A stretch of 63,961 bases of DNA, filler included, from Octopus bimaculoides (taxonomy: Eukaryota), in NCBI RefSeq assembly GCF_001194135.2. It is 7 parts of 6 records of this genome, joined end to end, with 100 filler letters (N's around TTAATTAATTAA, not from the genome) between each part and the next. Parts side by side here need not be neighbours in the genome. Positions count along the whole stretch, not along the records: positions 28,977 to 46,209 come from NC_069000.1; positions 46,310 to 49,308 come from NC_068984.1; 5 more parts are not named here. One strand, given 5' to 3'. Numbering within the stretch: the stretch's first letter is position 1; every line of letters begins with the position of its first letter. Position numbers and translations under genes: made by a program. This document shows, in pieces, positions 37,391 to 49,197 of the stretch. The notes beneath the pieces are model-generated. The model saw only the letters and a program-made list of their open reading frames with translations, was not told the origin of the DNA and searched no databases.

Positions 37391-39540
37391 CACTCCACCT
37401 GTATCTAATAAGGAGGGCTGCTTCACCGACCTGAGCCGCCGACCATCCCAGTGGACGCCAGCTCTTGGCAAGTTCGATCTTTTTGCGAGAGTCTGCCAGC
37501 GCGCTGTGGACTGGTTTGACTTTTCCAGGCGTCCCCGACATCTGAACATCTCCCCAGCCGAACTCACGACCCTTCGATGTCTCCGACGCTGCAAAGACAT
37601 CATCATAGAACCGGCCGACAAGGGTGGAGCCTTGGTGGTGTGGCGCGTGGACCTCTACACGGCCGATGTTATCCGCCAACTTCAAGACACCTCCTACTAC
37701 TGCCGTCTGCCCTCCAACCCCACGCCCAGCTACCAACAGACGGTGTCCTCCACTATCCATAACTTCCTCTCCTCCCGTCTTCCTCTCCTCCCGTCTTCCC
37801 CACCGCCTCCAACCTCATTGTCCGCACCCCTCGTATCCCCAAAATTTACTTCCTCTCCAAAAAACATAAACCTAACAACCCTGGCTGTCCCATCGTCTCC
37901 ACCTGCAGCTGCCCCACCGAACTCATCTCCAGATATCTTGACCGTGTTCTCGCCCCCTAGTGACTTCTTTCCCCTCTCACATCTTTGACACTAACCATGC
38001 TCTTCGTCTGTTCAACTCTTTCTCCTTCCCTCCTGGCCCCTCTAAACTTCTCTTCACTCTTGACATCAAGAGCCTATACACTGTGATCCCTCACCACGAG
38101 GGGCTTCGTGCACTCCAACACTACCTTGACCTCCGACCCAACCCCCAACCTGACACATCCACACTTCTTCGTCTGGCCGAACTTGTTCTCTCCCTTAATT
38201 GCTTCTCGTTCGCGGGTGATTTTTACCAGCAGTTCTCGGGAGTGGCCATGGGAACGAGAATGGGCCCCAGCTATGCGAACCTGTTCGTTGGCTACGTTGA
38301 GGCCTAAATATTCTCAAGTTTCACTGGTCCCAATCTCGAACTATATGGTCGCTATATTGACTGTATCAGTGCGACTTTACTCTCCCGCGAACGATTGGAC
38401 TCCTTCCTCTCTTTTGTCCAATCTTTCCATCCTGCCTTCCTCTTCTCCTGCACTATTTCCGACACTTCCGTCGCCTTTCTCGACATTTCGGTCAGTATTC
38501 ATCACTCCACTCTCACCACCTCTATCCACTACAAACACACCGACTCACACTCATGCCTCAACTTCTCCCCCTCCCACCCTAAACACACCAAGCTCTCCAT
38601 CCCCGCTTCCCAATTCCACCGTCTGCACAGGCTCTGCAGTGACAACCATGACTTTGAGACTCTGTCTCGACTCATGACTCGCCACTTCATCCTACGTGGA
38701 TATCCCCTCACCACTATCTACACCGCCCTTGCCANNNNNNNNNNNNNNNNNNNNNNNNNNNNNNNNNNNNNNNNNNNNNNNNNNNNNNNNNNNNNNNNNN
38801 NNNNNNNNNNNNNNNNNNNNNNNNNNNNNNNNNNNNNNNNNNNNNNNNNNNNNNNNNNNNNNNNNNNNNNNNNNNNNNNNNNNNNNNNNNNNNNNNNNNN
38901 NNNNNNNNNNNNNNNNNNNNNNNNNNNNNNNNNNNNNNNNNNNNNNNNNNNNNNNNNNNNNNNNNNNNNNNNNNNNNNNNNNNNNNNNNNNNNNNNNNNN
39001 NNNNNNNNNNNNNNNNNNNNNNNNNNNNNNNNNNNNNNNNNNNNNNNNNNNNNNNNNNNNNNNNNNNNNNNNNNNNNNNNNNNNNNNNNNNNNNNNNNNN
39101 NNNNNNNNNNNNNNNNNNNNNNNNNNNNNNNNNNNNNNNNNNNNNNNNNNNNNNNNNNNNNNNNNNNNNNNNNNNNNNNNNNNNNNNNNNCTTTACAACA
39201 TCTGTCTGTGTTCGGATTGTCCTTGCACGGGGGCCATCCGGACTCCCGCCTTCGCCATGATCAGGAATTAATCTTTTCTCTTCTCTCCTTTGCGCCACAT
39301 GGGCTCAACTCTTCTCCCCTCTTCATCTAACCCCTCCTCTCTCCTCTCTTCCTCTCACACCTATTTCCTCCCTTCACTCCTCTCCATCTCTCCCCTCCTC
39401 TCTTGCTCTGACACCTACTTCCTATCTTCACTCCTACCTACCTTCTCCCTTCCACCCTCTCCCTTTATCGTTACCCCACCCCTACACATTCCTACCCACT
39501 ATCCCTATACATCCCATCCCATCCCATCCCATCCCACCAT
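37391..39540 (+). mobile_element. Penelope-like retroelement (RT plus GIY-YIG end), disrupted by frameshifts, a stop and a gap
   Basis: IIIEPADKGGALVVW, LFTLDIKSLYTVIPH, LVLSLNCFSF, GVAMGTRMGPSYANLF, YGRYID, VAFLDISV, HYKHTDSHSCLNFSPSHPKHTKLSIPASQFHRLHRLCS, and a C-terminal RLRHDQELIFSL..PHGLN followed by a pyrimidine-rich tail. Confidence 0.92.
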
Positions 39541-40129
39541 ATGGCTTATTTTGATATATATATATATATATATATATAAACACACACACACGTTAAATTT
39601 TGCCAGTGTTACAATCGATGTTGAACGCCTCTTACATATTTATTTCACGCCGTTCACACTACTTGCCAACTGTCACACTAAAACGTTGTTCACTTTTTTT
39701 GTATTTTTCGAAGTTAAAATTTCTCTCACACATTGGCTTGCTCTTTTAATCTATTATTTTATTTTATTTTTCTTAATATGTAATCACTCCTCTATTCACC
39801 TTTTCCTCAGTGTCTAAGTAAATTGAGACGATATAGAGTAAACTGCCCTTCGCTTCGTCAACGAAATTCCTGAAGTAGGTTTCAATCTGCTATACAAACA
39901 TCGTTAGTAGTTCAACACGTAGTCTTCTTGGCCGATTTGGTTTCCATTCACAGTATGAGGAACAGTAATAACTTCTACCGTAAGCAGCCCTAATCATATG
40001 ATCTTAACCATATATTTTAAATTATACTAAGTCTTAATCGTATATTTGAAACTAACTTTAATTTGTCACCCGCTGCTTCACGGAGAGCGAGATGATTTGA
40101 AACTTAACTTATATAAATCTAAATTGTAG

Positions 40130-40612
40130 CTAGTTCTAAAATCTCTATACCAGATGTAAGTAGTAGTAACTCTACCGAAAAGTAATGGTTGATATAACAT
40201 TAAAGTGGTTGTTCCATAAAGAACACTGTTACTACTCTTTTTAACCCCAGGAGAACATCTCCTCCAAATGGTTAACAACACAATATCTGTGCCCGTTATA
40301 TTGCAAACAAGAGAGCGAACAACTCCCATCCAGCGTTGACAGGAACCAATAGCCCAGCTGGTTTCTGGGTAATACCCTCCTTCGGTACTGGTTATACCTG
40401 TCTGCTAGACTTAGCAGTCGTTCGTCCCAGTTCGCAATATATAAACAAACAAGCGACACGCAACCGTTGATCTTGCAGCAAGCAAAGTTGCTAGTCCTAA
40501 AATCTCTATACACGATGTAAGTAGTAACTCTACTGAAAAGTAGTGATTGTTACCAACTCAACGTGATTGTTCTGCAGAGAACACTGTTACTACTCTTTTT
40601 AACCCCAGGAGG
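40130..40612. repeat. ~120-bp diverged direct repeat, two copies ~360 bp apart
   Basis: ctagt(t/c)ctaaaatctctatac..gatgtaagtag..gaacactgttactactctttttaaccccaggag at ~40131-40252 and ~40491-40610. Confidence 0.85.
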
Positions 40613-42160
40613 GTTTCTGTTAACCTTAAAATCATTCCTCTCGATGATGGGCGCAAAACAGAGCAGATAAGATCGCTTATCATTCAGGTGATGGTTCCTG
40701 TTTGATCCCTTTGTAGCTAAGTGCCATGTATTGTAGCCTCTAGGCGACCTGGGTTCGGTGAATGAAAATGAACTGGCTTTGTCACACAGTCATATAGTGT
40801 TCCGCTTATTCTGCCTGAAACAGTACAAATGTCTATGGAATATTTAGCTATTTATAATACAATGTGTTGATAGTTCTGTTGTTCGAGCAACTGGAACATT
40901 CGTTTGTTGCCATCGACGCGGGATCCTTTCTTTTCTTTTAATTGCATGAGCGAGCTGGCTGAATGAATAAGATATTGAACTCAATATCCATAGATGTTTC
41001 GTCTCGTCTTACATTATTCAGTTTATTTGATGTATCGAATATAAACAAAACCAACCAAGTATTACTTGCTTTAATATGGTAACTTATTCATGGTTGAATT
41101 TTGCTATGGAATTCTGTAGATCCCCTATTTTACAATTATTAAAGGTGAACACGGCTATGCAAGAAATAGACTTCGCAAAAATGCTCTCAATATGCATATT
41201 GTCGTTCATGAATTTGAAACACTATAATCAACTGGAATATAACACGAGAAATTAGGTTCCATTAAATCAAATAGCTGAATGTATTAAATTCCTACAAGTA
41301 AAATACTTTCATAACCTAGTAGTTGCCAGAACACAAAAGATATTTATCAAACTAAGACATGATCAATAATGAAAACACGTGATACATTAATTACTTGCTT
41401 ACAACTGATAACATATTGCATGACATGTATACACCGATAAAACAATAAACCATTCATCTTATTAATTTATTCTCTTTCTAGCTCTTATGAGGCAAGTGTC
41501 ATAAACGGTGTACTAAATTTTGTTTATCATTTTTTTATTCATATAGTAATCACTGCAGTAACTTTATCTTATTTCATCATTGTTTACAGAACACTTTCAG
41601 TTCTTTTTTCCTTCGTTTAATTAACTATAGTTGTATTGCTTCAACTTTACGTGAGTTAAATTAAACTGTGATTCTATACAGATCTTGAAAACATGTGTGT
41701 CCTATTCTGGAAGATGCTTGCTTTTGATAAAAGTTTTGAAGTGCTTTAATTCTCTATCGAGATTAGCGTCAGATTAATGTTTTGGATAGTCTTTCATAAA
41801 AAGTTAAAGTCTCATTCAGTCTCATTCAGTCCATGCGAAGCGTTTAAAATCAAGTAAAAGTGAAAACCTGCTAAAAGTATATAACATTGCTCTTTTCTTC
41901 AAATTAGCTTCAATAACATTGATCAGAGGAATGAAAGAATCGTGCTGCTAGATGAATAATTGCTTTGAGTTCAACAGCGGCTGACGATGTGAATAGCCAC
42001 TGAATTATCTTGAAGTCTGCGAAATGATTTGTGAATATTCCATATTTTCTTTTTATTGTATATATGCAGACCTGAGTAATTATTCTCCTGTGGAAATATC
42101 TTATCAGGCATCAGGAACACAGCGTAGATGTTATATCTTTCTCGCAGTGCTCCCCTTGGC

Positions 42161-42237
42161 AAATGTAACCTTGATCGGACACGTGTAACTTTCATAATAT
42201 TTATGAAGGTTACATATGTCCGATCAAGGTTGCATTT
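42161..42237 (+). other. 77-nt near-perfect hairpin (37-bp arms, 3-nt loop); candidate small-RNA precursor or mini-MITE
   Basis: aaatgtaaccttgatcggacacgtgtaactttcataa-tat-ttatgaaggttacatatgtccgatcaaggttgcattt; four non-Watson-Crick positions. Confidence 0.5.
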
Positions 42238-42509
42238 TTATGTGTTAAAATTATTTTAACAACGTTTTAAAGTGGCCGACAGAGAGCAAACTCTGAGACC
42301 GATCGCATAACTAAGCAAAAGCCACGATCGTTGCAATTATGCCGATAACACATTTTTAATTTAATGATTTTATCCCATCTGTATTAGTTTGATCCATTCC
42401 ATTTCAGTCACCATTGCTTCTTCACCTACACTGGTTCTATTTACCATGTCTCATATCTTCAAAGATTATATAAAGCGTCTTATTCCGTCATTCCTCCGCA
42501 CACAGAGAA

Positions 42510-42740
42510 AGGAAGGAAATGAATAAAAGAATTTTTTTACGGAAATGGCTTCGTTAGTCTCGTACGAATCGAAGCAGTGTAGCAAATCTTACCAATAAAA
42601 AATTTTAAACAGGATATAGACCATTCCCGAAACATCCTTGGTAAGACTGCTAAGTTTCGAGCAAGTGTGACCAGTTGTTTGGCCGTGAAAAGGTCACGGA
42701 CAGACGGACGTACGGACATAAGGCAAATTATAGTAAGGTA
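42510..42740. mobile_element. DINE-1/Helentron-like non-autonomous element remnant
   Basis: aagtttcgagcaagt..gtttggccgtgaaaaggtcacggacagacggacgtacggacat..attatagtaagg, the (ggacagac) microrepeat-and-tail layout of such elements. Confidence 0.45.
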
Positions 42741-42796
42741 TATATATATGAAATAATAATGAAATTATTGTATACAGTGCTCAGGTACACTACAAC

Positions 42797-42836
<40 letters not shown>

Positions 42837-43383
42837 TTATAGTTGAGAAGACATGTGAAAGAACAATAGGAAAGTAAAAGTAAAAAGTAGAATGAGAAAA
42901 AGAAAATGTCCAACGTTTGCCGGGTCGATCAGAATAAACATGGGGAATCAGTCCAAGTTTATCAGACTGCATGCCTAATACAGGGAAAGTAGTGTCCTGC
43001 AGTTCAACAAAAGACATTTCTCCATATGGTTACATTTAATAAAAAATTCATATCTAGAATTTCGCAGGTCCGTTCAGTTCTTAGATCTCAAACGAAGATG
43101 AGATCTTTCGACTGAATAATACTTACATTTCTTTGATCCATTAAGGTATTACGTGGCTGGCTTCACAAAGCTCTATTTGATGGTGTGTGGTGCGCATTTG
43201 TCCTTCAAATCCCAAATTTGGCCAACTAACATTGTGGCTTCCTTCTTTTCTACGTGTCGGAAAGAAGACTGGTAGTTTGCGTATCTCCTTTTTAAAATTA
43301 CCTCCACATATACTAGTGTAAATTTTCTTTACCGTGTCTTTATTTTAGAGTATTGTTGTGACTTTGGCTCGTAAGCCGCCGAG

Positions 43384-43401
43384 CCAATCATGCATGATTG
43401 G
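43384..43401. promoter_or_regulatory. Perfect 18-bp palindrome with two inverted CCAAT boxes
   Basis: CCAATCATGCATGATTGG in a CpG-containing unique patch. Confidence 0.4.
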
Positions 43402-43632
43402 TCGAGTGCGTAAGTTTCTCACCTGCGAGTGATAAAATTTTTCATATTGAGGTAGCAGTTGTATGAAACTTTCACTGACCTATTAAACGATTTATCTGTA
43501 TGAATGGTTATCTGGGAAATCTATTAGTATCAATTAGTATCATCTTTTAGTCTCAAATGTAAGATTANNNNNNNNNNNNNNNNNNNNNNNNNNNNNNNNN
43601 NNNNNNNNNNNNNNNNNNNNNNNNNNNNNNNN

Positions 43633-43668
<36 letters not shown>

Positions 43669-43759
43669 AAGTATATATAAATTATATGTATATATACACA
43701 CAAATAAAATACACCTACGTCTATTTAAGATCACAACGATAATATTATGCATCGTCTGG

Positions 43760-45009
43760 TTAAATTCGCGATGAAACTGCTAAGCTCTCATTTTTAGTTC
43801 CGTCTTTAGGGTTAACAGATGGTTCGGATCCCTCAGGGCTTGCCCAGTCTTGAATTTCTGTTCTTACCAACACTACAAAGAGTATTGCGCCTGAGACAAG
43901 AACAGCACCACACAAAACAAATACGATCTGCCATTCGCTTTGTGTAGCATTTGTTGTCAGAGCTTTAGCGCATAAGGAAGAAAAGCTGCCTGATAATGCA
44001 CTAACAGTGTTAGCAAGTCCATAGATTACGCCAGCATAATTAGGAGCAATCTCAATGTTGTTGGCAACAACTCCACTACAGCTAAGTGATAGGGATGCAC
44101 CACAGAGAAACAAGAAAATACATATTAGAATGATTTGGTCACATCTGAGGTATCCCATGATAATCAGTAGACTTGCGCAAGCAACTAGAGCAACGGTTTG
44201 GAATAAAACACGCACTGAGTGTGTTGACATATAATTCTTTGAACGCAACATATCGGCCAATTTTCCCCATAATGGTAAGGCAATGGCTTCTCCAATCGAA
44301 GGGGCTGAAGAAATTATACCGTTGGATGCTGCATTAACGTTTAAGGCTTCTTTTATATACAGAGGCAGCAATAACTGGAGAGAATTGGCGCCCCAATTAT
44401 AACCAAACAAACCGAAAATAATTGCCTAAACTGCAGGCGAAGAAAATATCCGTCGCCAAGGTATATTTTTAGGTACTTTCTCACATGTTATAGTTCTGCT
44501 TAAGTAAGCATGTTCTTCTTGGCTGATAGGATGGAGATCTGGATTATCATAAACAACATAATACCACACAAAACTAAAAATCAACGTCGTTACACCACTT
44601 GTATAAAATATAGAACCCCATCCATTATCAAATCCATACTCACAAAGGTAACCGAATATTACAAAACCTACAATATTGCCTAGTACTTGACCTGCAAAAG
44701 TAATACCAATCAATAGGCCTCTCTCAGATGGTGGGGCCCAAAGTCCCATTAGCGATAGGATTGCTGGGAACATCGGCGCCGAGACCAGACCTGTTAGTAT
44801 TCTTAGGACAATTGTTAAGTAACCACTTATTCGAGATAAACTTGGGTGGAGAATGGTCAGAATTGATGCGAAGAGAAGTGAGCCTCCTAGAACTCTTTTC
44901 CCACCATATTTGTTTGCCAATATTCCAGCTAAAATATTAGTTGAAATATACCCATAGAAGTAACAGGCTAAGATATTTGATTGTAACGTGTTGCTCCATT
45001 CAAACTCAC
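43760..45009 (-). CDS. SLC17 (sialin-like anion transporter) MFS gene: single large exon from the lumenal loop/TM2 to the C-terminus, with an in-frame TAG at 44426-44428 (gene or young pseudogene)
   Basis: GEFEWSNTLQSNILACYFYGYI, GGKRVLG, WAPPSER, GWGSIFY, IPWRRIFSSPAV*AII, NWG, NIEIAPNYAGVIYGLANT, WQIVF, IQDWA. The two ORF-track ORFs are in the same frame, separated only by one TAG and AIIFG. TM1 is absent and presumably lies in an upstream exon; putative acceptor tttgaag|GT GAG at 45010/45009. Confidence 0.9.
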
Positions 45010-45043
45010 CTTCAAAATGTTGCAGAGTTGAGTGAGATGTGAG

Positions 45044-45189
45044 GACTAGCATAGCTAAGGGTGGGAAGGGGCGGTAGGGGTGCCCCCCACCGCGCGGCAC
45101 TTTTAAAGGGGCGGCACTTTTGGGTCTGCTGTAGGCAATATGTAGCTTTTGAGGTGCCGCGGGCGGCATATACTCTAGCTACGTTAGTG
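45044..45189. mobile_element. hAT-type MITE with an 8-bp target-site duplication
   Basis: TSD GATGTGAG at 45036-45043 and 45190-45197. TIRs actagcatagcta / tagctacgttagt (11/13 match). GC-rich interior. Confidence 0.9.
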
Positions 45190-45318
45190 GATGTGAGAGC
45201 GTTAAAGGTGAGAGGGGAGAAAATAATGGGAGAAACTGAAGAAAACAGTGTAGAGAGGAAAAGTTACAAAGTAGAGAAATAAAAGGTGGGAAAAAAACTA
45301 AAATCTTTAGATAAAAAT

Positions 45319-45897
45319 ATCCCTACCCTCCAAATAAAAAAACCTGTTAAAAAATGCAGTGAGAATAATTATTCAAGAGAAATATATTCTGCTAGTTTTG
45401 TGATAGGTTGAAGAATCAGTGAATATTCTTTTAACAGGGTAAACAACTCATACAAGAATTTTGACTGGAGTTTGCATTAAGTTATTTCCCTTTATATTTA
45501 AATCCTTCCTAAACATGATTTTTCTGCTTCGTTTTGTTCCGTAGCTTTTTAATTGAAGCTATCTTTCATTTGCTCTATTTTCTATGTATTTTCATTCACA
45601 AATCAGAATATTACCAGAATATCCCTACCCTCCAAATAAAAACTGTAAAAAATGTAGTGAGGATTATTATGCAAAAAAATATCTTGTGCTAGTTTTGTGA
45701 TAGGTTGAAGAATCAGCCAATATTTTTTTAACAGGGTAAACAACTCATACAGGAATTTTGTCTGGAGTTTGCATTAAGTTATTTCCCTTTATATCTAAAT
45801 TATTGCTGAACATGATTTTTCTGTTTCGTTTTGTTCCGTAGCTTTCTAATTGAAGCTATCTTTCCATTAGCTCTATTTTCTATGTATTTTCATTGAA
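45319..45897. repeat. Tandem duplication of a ~280-300 bp unit
   Basis: atccctaccctccaaataaaaa..gctagttttgtgataggttgaagaatcag..ctctattttctatgtattttcatt at 45319-45598 and 45620-45897. Confidence 0.92.
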
Positions 45898-46032
45898 TGA
45901 AATTTAATAGTATTTTAGAATGTCTAATGGAATTAAAAATTATTTTTATGCATTTGTGTACATTTAAACTAATTAAATATTATTTTACAGAATAATAGTT
46001 TTAAAATTTATTTGATTAAAACCCTTTCTAAC

Positions 46033-46209
46033 ATGGAAGTATCCAAAGAGCATTTGAGGCACAGAATGCTTTATGAGTACTAAAAAAAAGGAAACTCTGC
46101 AGCCGAAACGACTCGAAACATACACTCAGTTTATGGGAAAGAATGCTTGAATGAAAGAACTTGCAGAAGATGGTTTGCAAAATTCAGAAGTGGAGATATC
46201 AGCCTTGAA
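46033..46209 (+). mobile_element. Mariner transposase N-terminus (truncated by a gap)
   Basis: MEVSKEHLRHRMLYEY*KKGNSAAETTRNIHSVYGKECLNERTCRRWFAKFRSGDISLE. Confidence 0.88.
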
Positions 46210-46350
46210 NNNNNNNNNNNNNNNNNNNNNNNNNNNNNNNNNNNNNNNNNNNNTTAATTAATTAANNNNNNNNNNNNNNNNNNNNNNNNNNNNNNNNNNN
46301 NNNNNNNNNTGCGAAAGTGTCTTTTTCTTTACTTTGTTTCTTCTTCTACT

Positions 46351-46410
<60 letters not shown>

Positions 46411-47239
46411 TTTATTTTTATTTTTGCTGTCTGACAATTCTAGTATTGTCGATTCTTTCCATGAAATTCTGAAATCTGTCCCACTTGATATTGCACATAG
46501 ACACGAGAAGGAAATGTTAAAACATAACACAAAGAGGAGAATAAAGATAAAACCGAGTATCGTATAAAAATAAAAAGAGCTAGGTCGAAATATTTTTAAT
46601 AAAGTACAGGCATACCTCAACTTACGTCAGTAATTGGTTTCAAGACATGCGAATTAACGTAAGACGAAAACCATTAAAACAAAATCATTAACTTATATCT
46701 ATTTTGATAAATATTTTGTACATATTTTCACAAGTATTTTTATTTGATTTTCCGCTCCTGTCTTGAATTTTTAGGTTGATTTTTTTGTCTTTTTTCATAT
46801 CTTGTATCTTAAGTATGTTTGCTGATACCGACAAGGGCGGGTAAATCGACTGATGTTGAAGTTTATTATTCGCCATTAATTTCTTAAAAGAACGACGTAA
46901 AATCGAAAAAAAAAAAAAAGAATGTGTAGCTCCAAACATCGTAAGATGAGATATGCTTGTATATAGAATATATACATTTTATGAAAAATTAGGAGATGCT
47001 GAAAAATATAAAGTGTACCGTTATAAAATGATGATGGTGATGATGAAATAAAGAGCAGTGTGTTTAAAGAATAGAGGATTTTTGACGCTCAATTCTCACA
47101 CATGTTATTCCATATATTCTTTTTCGCGCCCTTTTAAAGCCTTGCCAGGCTCATGGGCCCGGTTTCCCGGTTTCTATGGCGTATGTGTGTGAACAAGAAT
47201 TAATCTATGTTAACTGAAAATTTCAAGAAATAAAATGGT

Positions 47240-47671
47240 ACTACATCGTACCTGCAAAAGTTCTTGTAAAAGTATTACATTGTACCACGAACGTGTACCA
47301 GATTTTGTGGATTGTCTAAGATATCTATTGAACATGAACTTAGCTTTCTGTTTGATTATTCTGAACTGATCGATGATTTCGCGAAGCAAAAAGTGCGCCG
47401 TGTTTGTCTTTGAATGTTGCCTGGATTATAAAAATGCTCTTTTATTCATATCTGGAAGTTTTATTTATTGAAATTTGTAATAGACCAAAATAAATTTAAC
47501 TTGTACTTTCAAAGATGTTCTTTAGGATAACGTGAAATATTGAACTTCAGATAGAATAACGTAAAATATAGCTACGAATAAAAGGTGCGTAGATAATGAA
47601 TTTTGATTGAAGGGATGGGGCCACGAAACTAAAAGTTGTAAAGGGCCTCTAAAAGTCACGCGATGGAGCTG
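47240..47671 (+). mobile_element. hAT transposon 3' end (dimerisation-domain tail, 3' UTR, TIR-like end)
   Basis: 47300-47413 reads RFCGLSKISIEHELSFLFDYSELIDDFAKQKVRRVCL*. It ends gggcctctaaaagtcacgcgatggagctg. Confidence 0.75.
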
Positions 47672-48061
47672 GCTGTAATTGACTTACCCCACTCCTCAGA
47701 ATTGCCGGCCTTGTAAACCATTATTATATCATAACCATAATAATCTTCGTCGTGGAACAATGAGTTTACGATTCTACAATTTCCGTAGAAGTGGATATGG
47801 CAAAATTTCAAAAGACTAACCGGAAAATTGGAGGGACCTTAAGGTAGTGTTAGTCATCAGATGCTATCTTAGGGGTCATCTCGTTGACGTTGCTATGGTG
47901 GGTTCCCCCCACTTTTGTTTTCGGACGGATGATGGCTGATTTCTCCAGTCTAAGACTGTAGGACAAGTTCTTACGTACTTGCAGTTGTATATGTTTATGC
48001 GTGTGGGAGTTTCTACACACACATATATAGACACATCAATACATATATAAATATATATACG

Positions 48062-48102
<41 letters not shown>

Positions 48103-48573
48103 TTATATATATACACACACACACACGTACATATACATATGTCTTTGTCAAAATATACACACACACATATACACTCATATATAGACACACATGCATACAC
48201 ACAAATAGGCGGCTAGATAGATAAGTATGTATGCATATGTGTGCGTTCGCGCATGCATAAGTGTATATGCATATATTGAATGTTCATACGTATGTATGCA
48301 TGTATTAATACATATATACATATACATACATACGCACATATATATATATATATATATATAAATGTGTATATATGTATGTATGTTAGTATGTATATATAAA
48401 TATATATATATTTGCTTATATATGCATATATAGTGTATATATACGTGTATATATTACATATTCTTATGTGTAAGTTTTGCATAAAAAATTTATGAATATA
48501 TATGTGTACGTATGTTTGTCTGGTGCCTGTGAGAAAATGTTGGATATATATCTATGTCTAAATAGCTATGCCT

Positions 48574-48615
<42 letters not shown>

Positions 48616-48637
48616 GTAGGTATNNNNNNNNNNNNNN

Positions 48638-48686
<49 letters not shown>

Positions 48687-49024
48687 ATAGATAAATACAT
48701 ATGAGTGTGTGTGCATACACATATACATACACATATATACACACAAGCATATACACACACCTTCATATGCAAATATATTCACAATCCCAGGCAGACAGAC
48801 AGACACACACTAGTATAGGAGAAACGTTACACATAAAGACACATACAACCAACAAACATAAATACAAACAAATTTAATAAATTACTGTTTCATCAAAGCA
48901 ACTCTCTGATTATTTTCACAGAAAGCCGTCTCAGTGACTAGCCATATCTTATATAACAAATAGCAATAAAACATTCTGGAAGATACACACACACACACAC
49001 ACATACACACACACACACACACAC

Positions 49025-49055
<31 letters not shown>

Positions 49056-49151
49056 CCCTCGTCATACATTATGCACGTAGCACTGTTTTTGTTTATTTAT
49101 TTTGTGGGTTTTGTTTATTTTGCTTTATGCTAGCTGGTATTTTGTTTTCTA

Positions 49152-49197
<46 letters not shown>

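Noticed and set aside
44426-44476. 51-nt in-frame GT..AG pseudo-intron (GTACCT...GTTTAG) that would remove the SLC17 stop
   Set aside because: The donor is weak and splicing would delete the conserved IPW..I.SSPAV motif; only junction reads could revive it.
45010-45169. N-terminal MPPAAPQK... extension of the SLC17 ORF
   Set aside because: Mostly read through the hAT MITE and probable intron; no similarity to SLC17 TM1.
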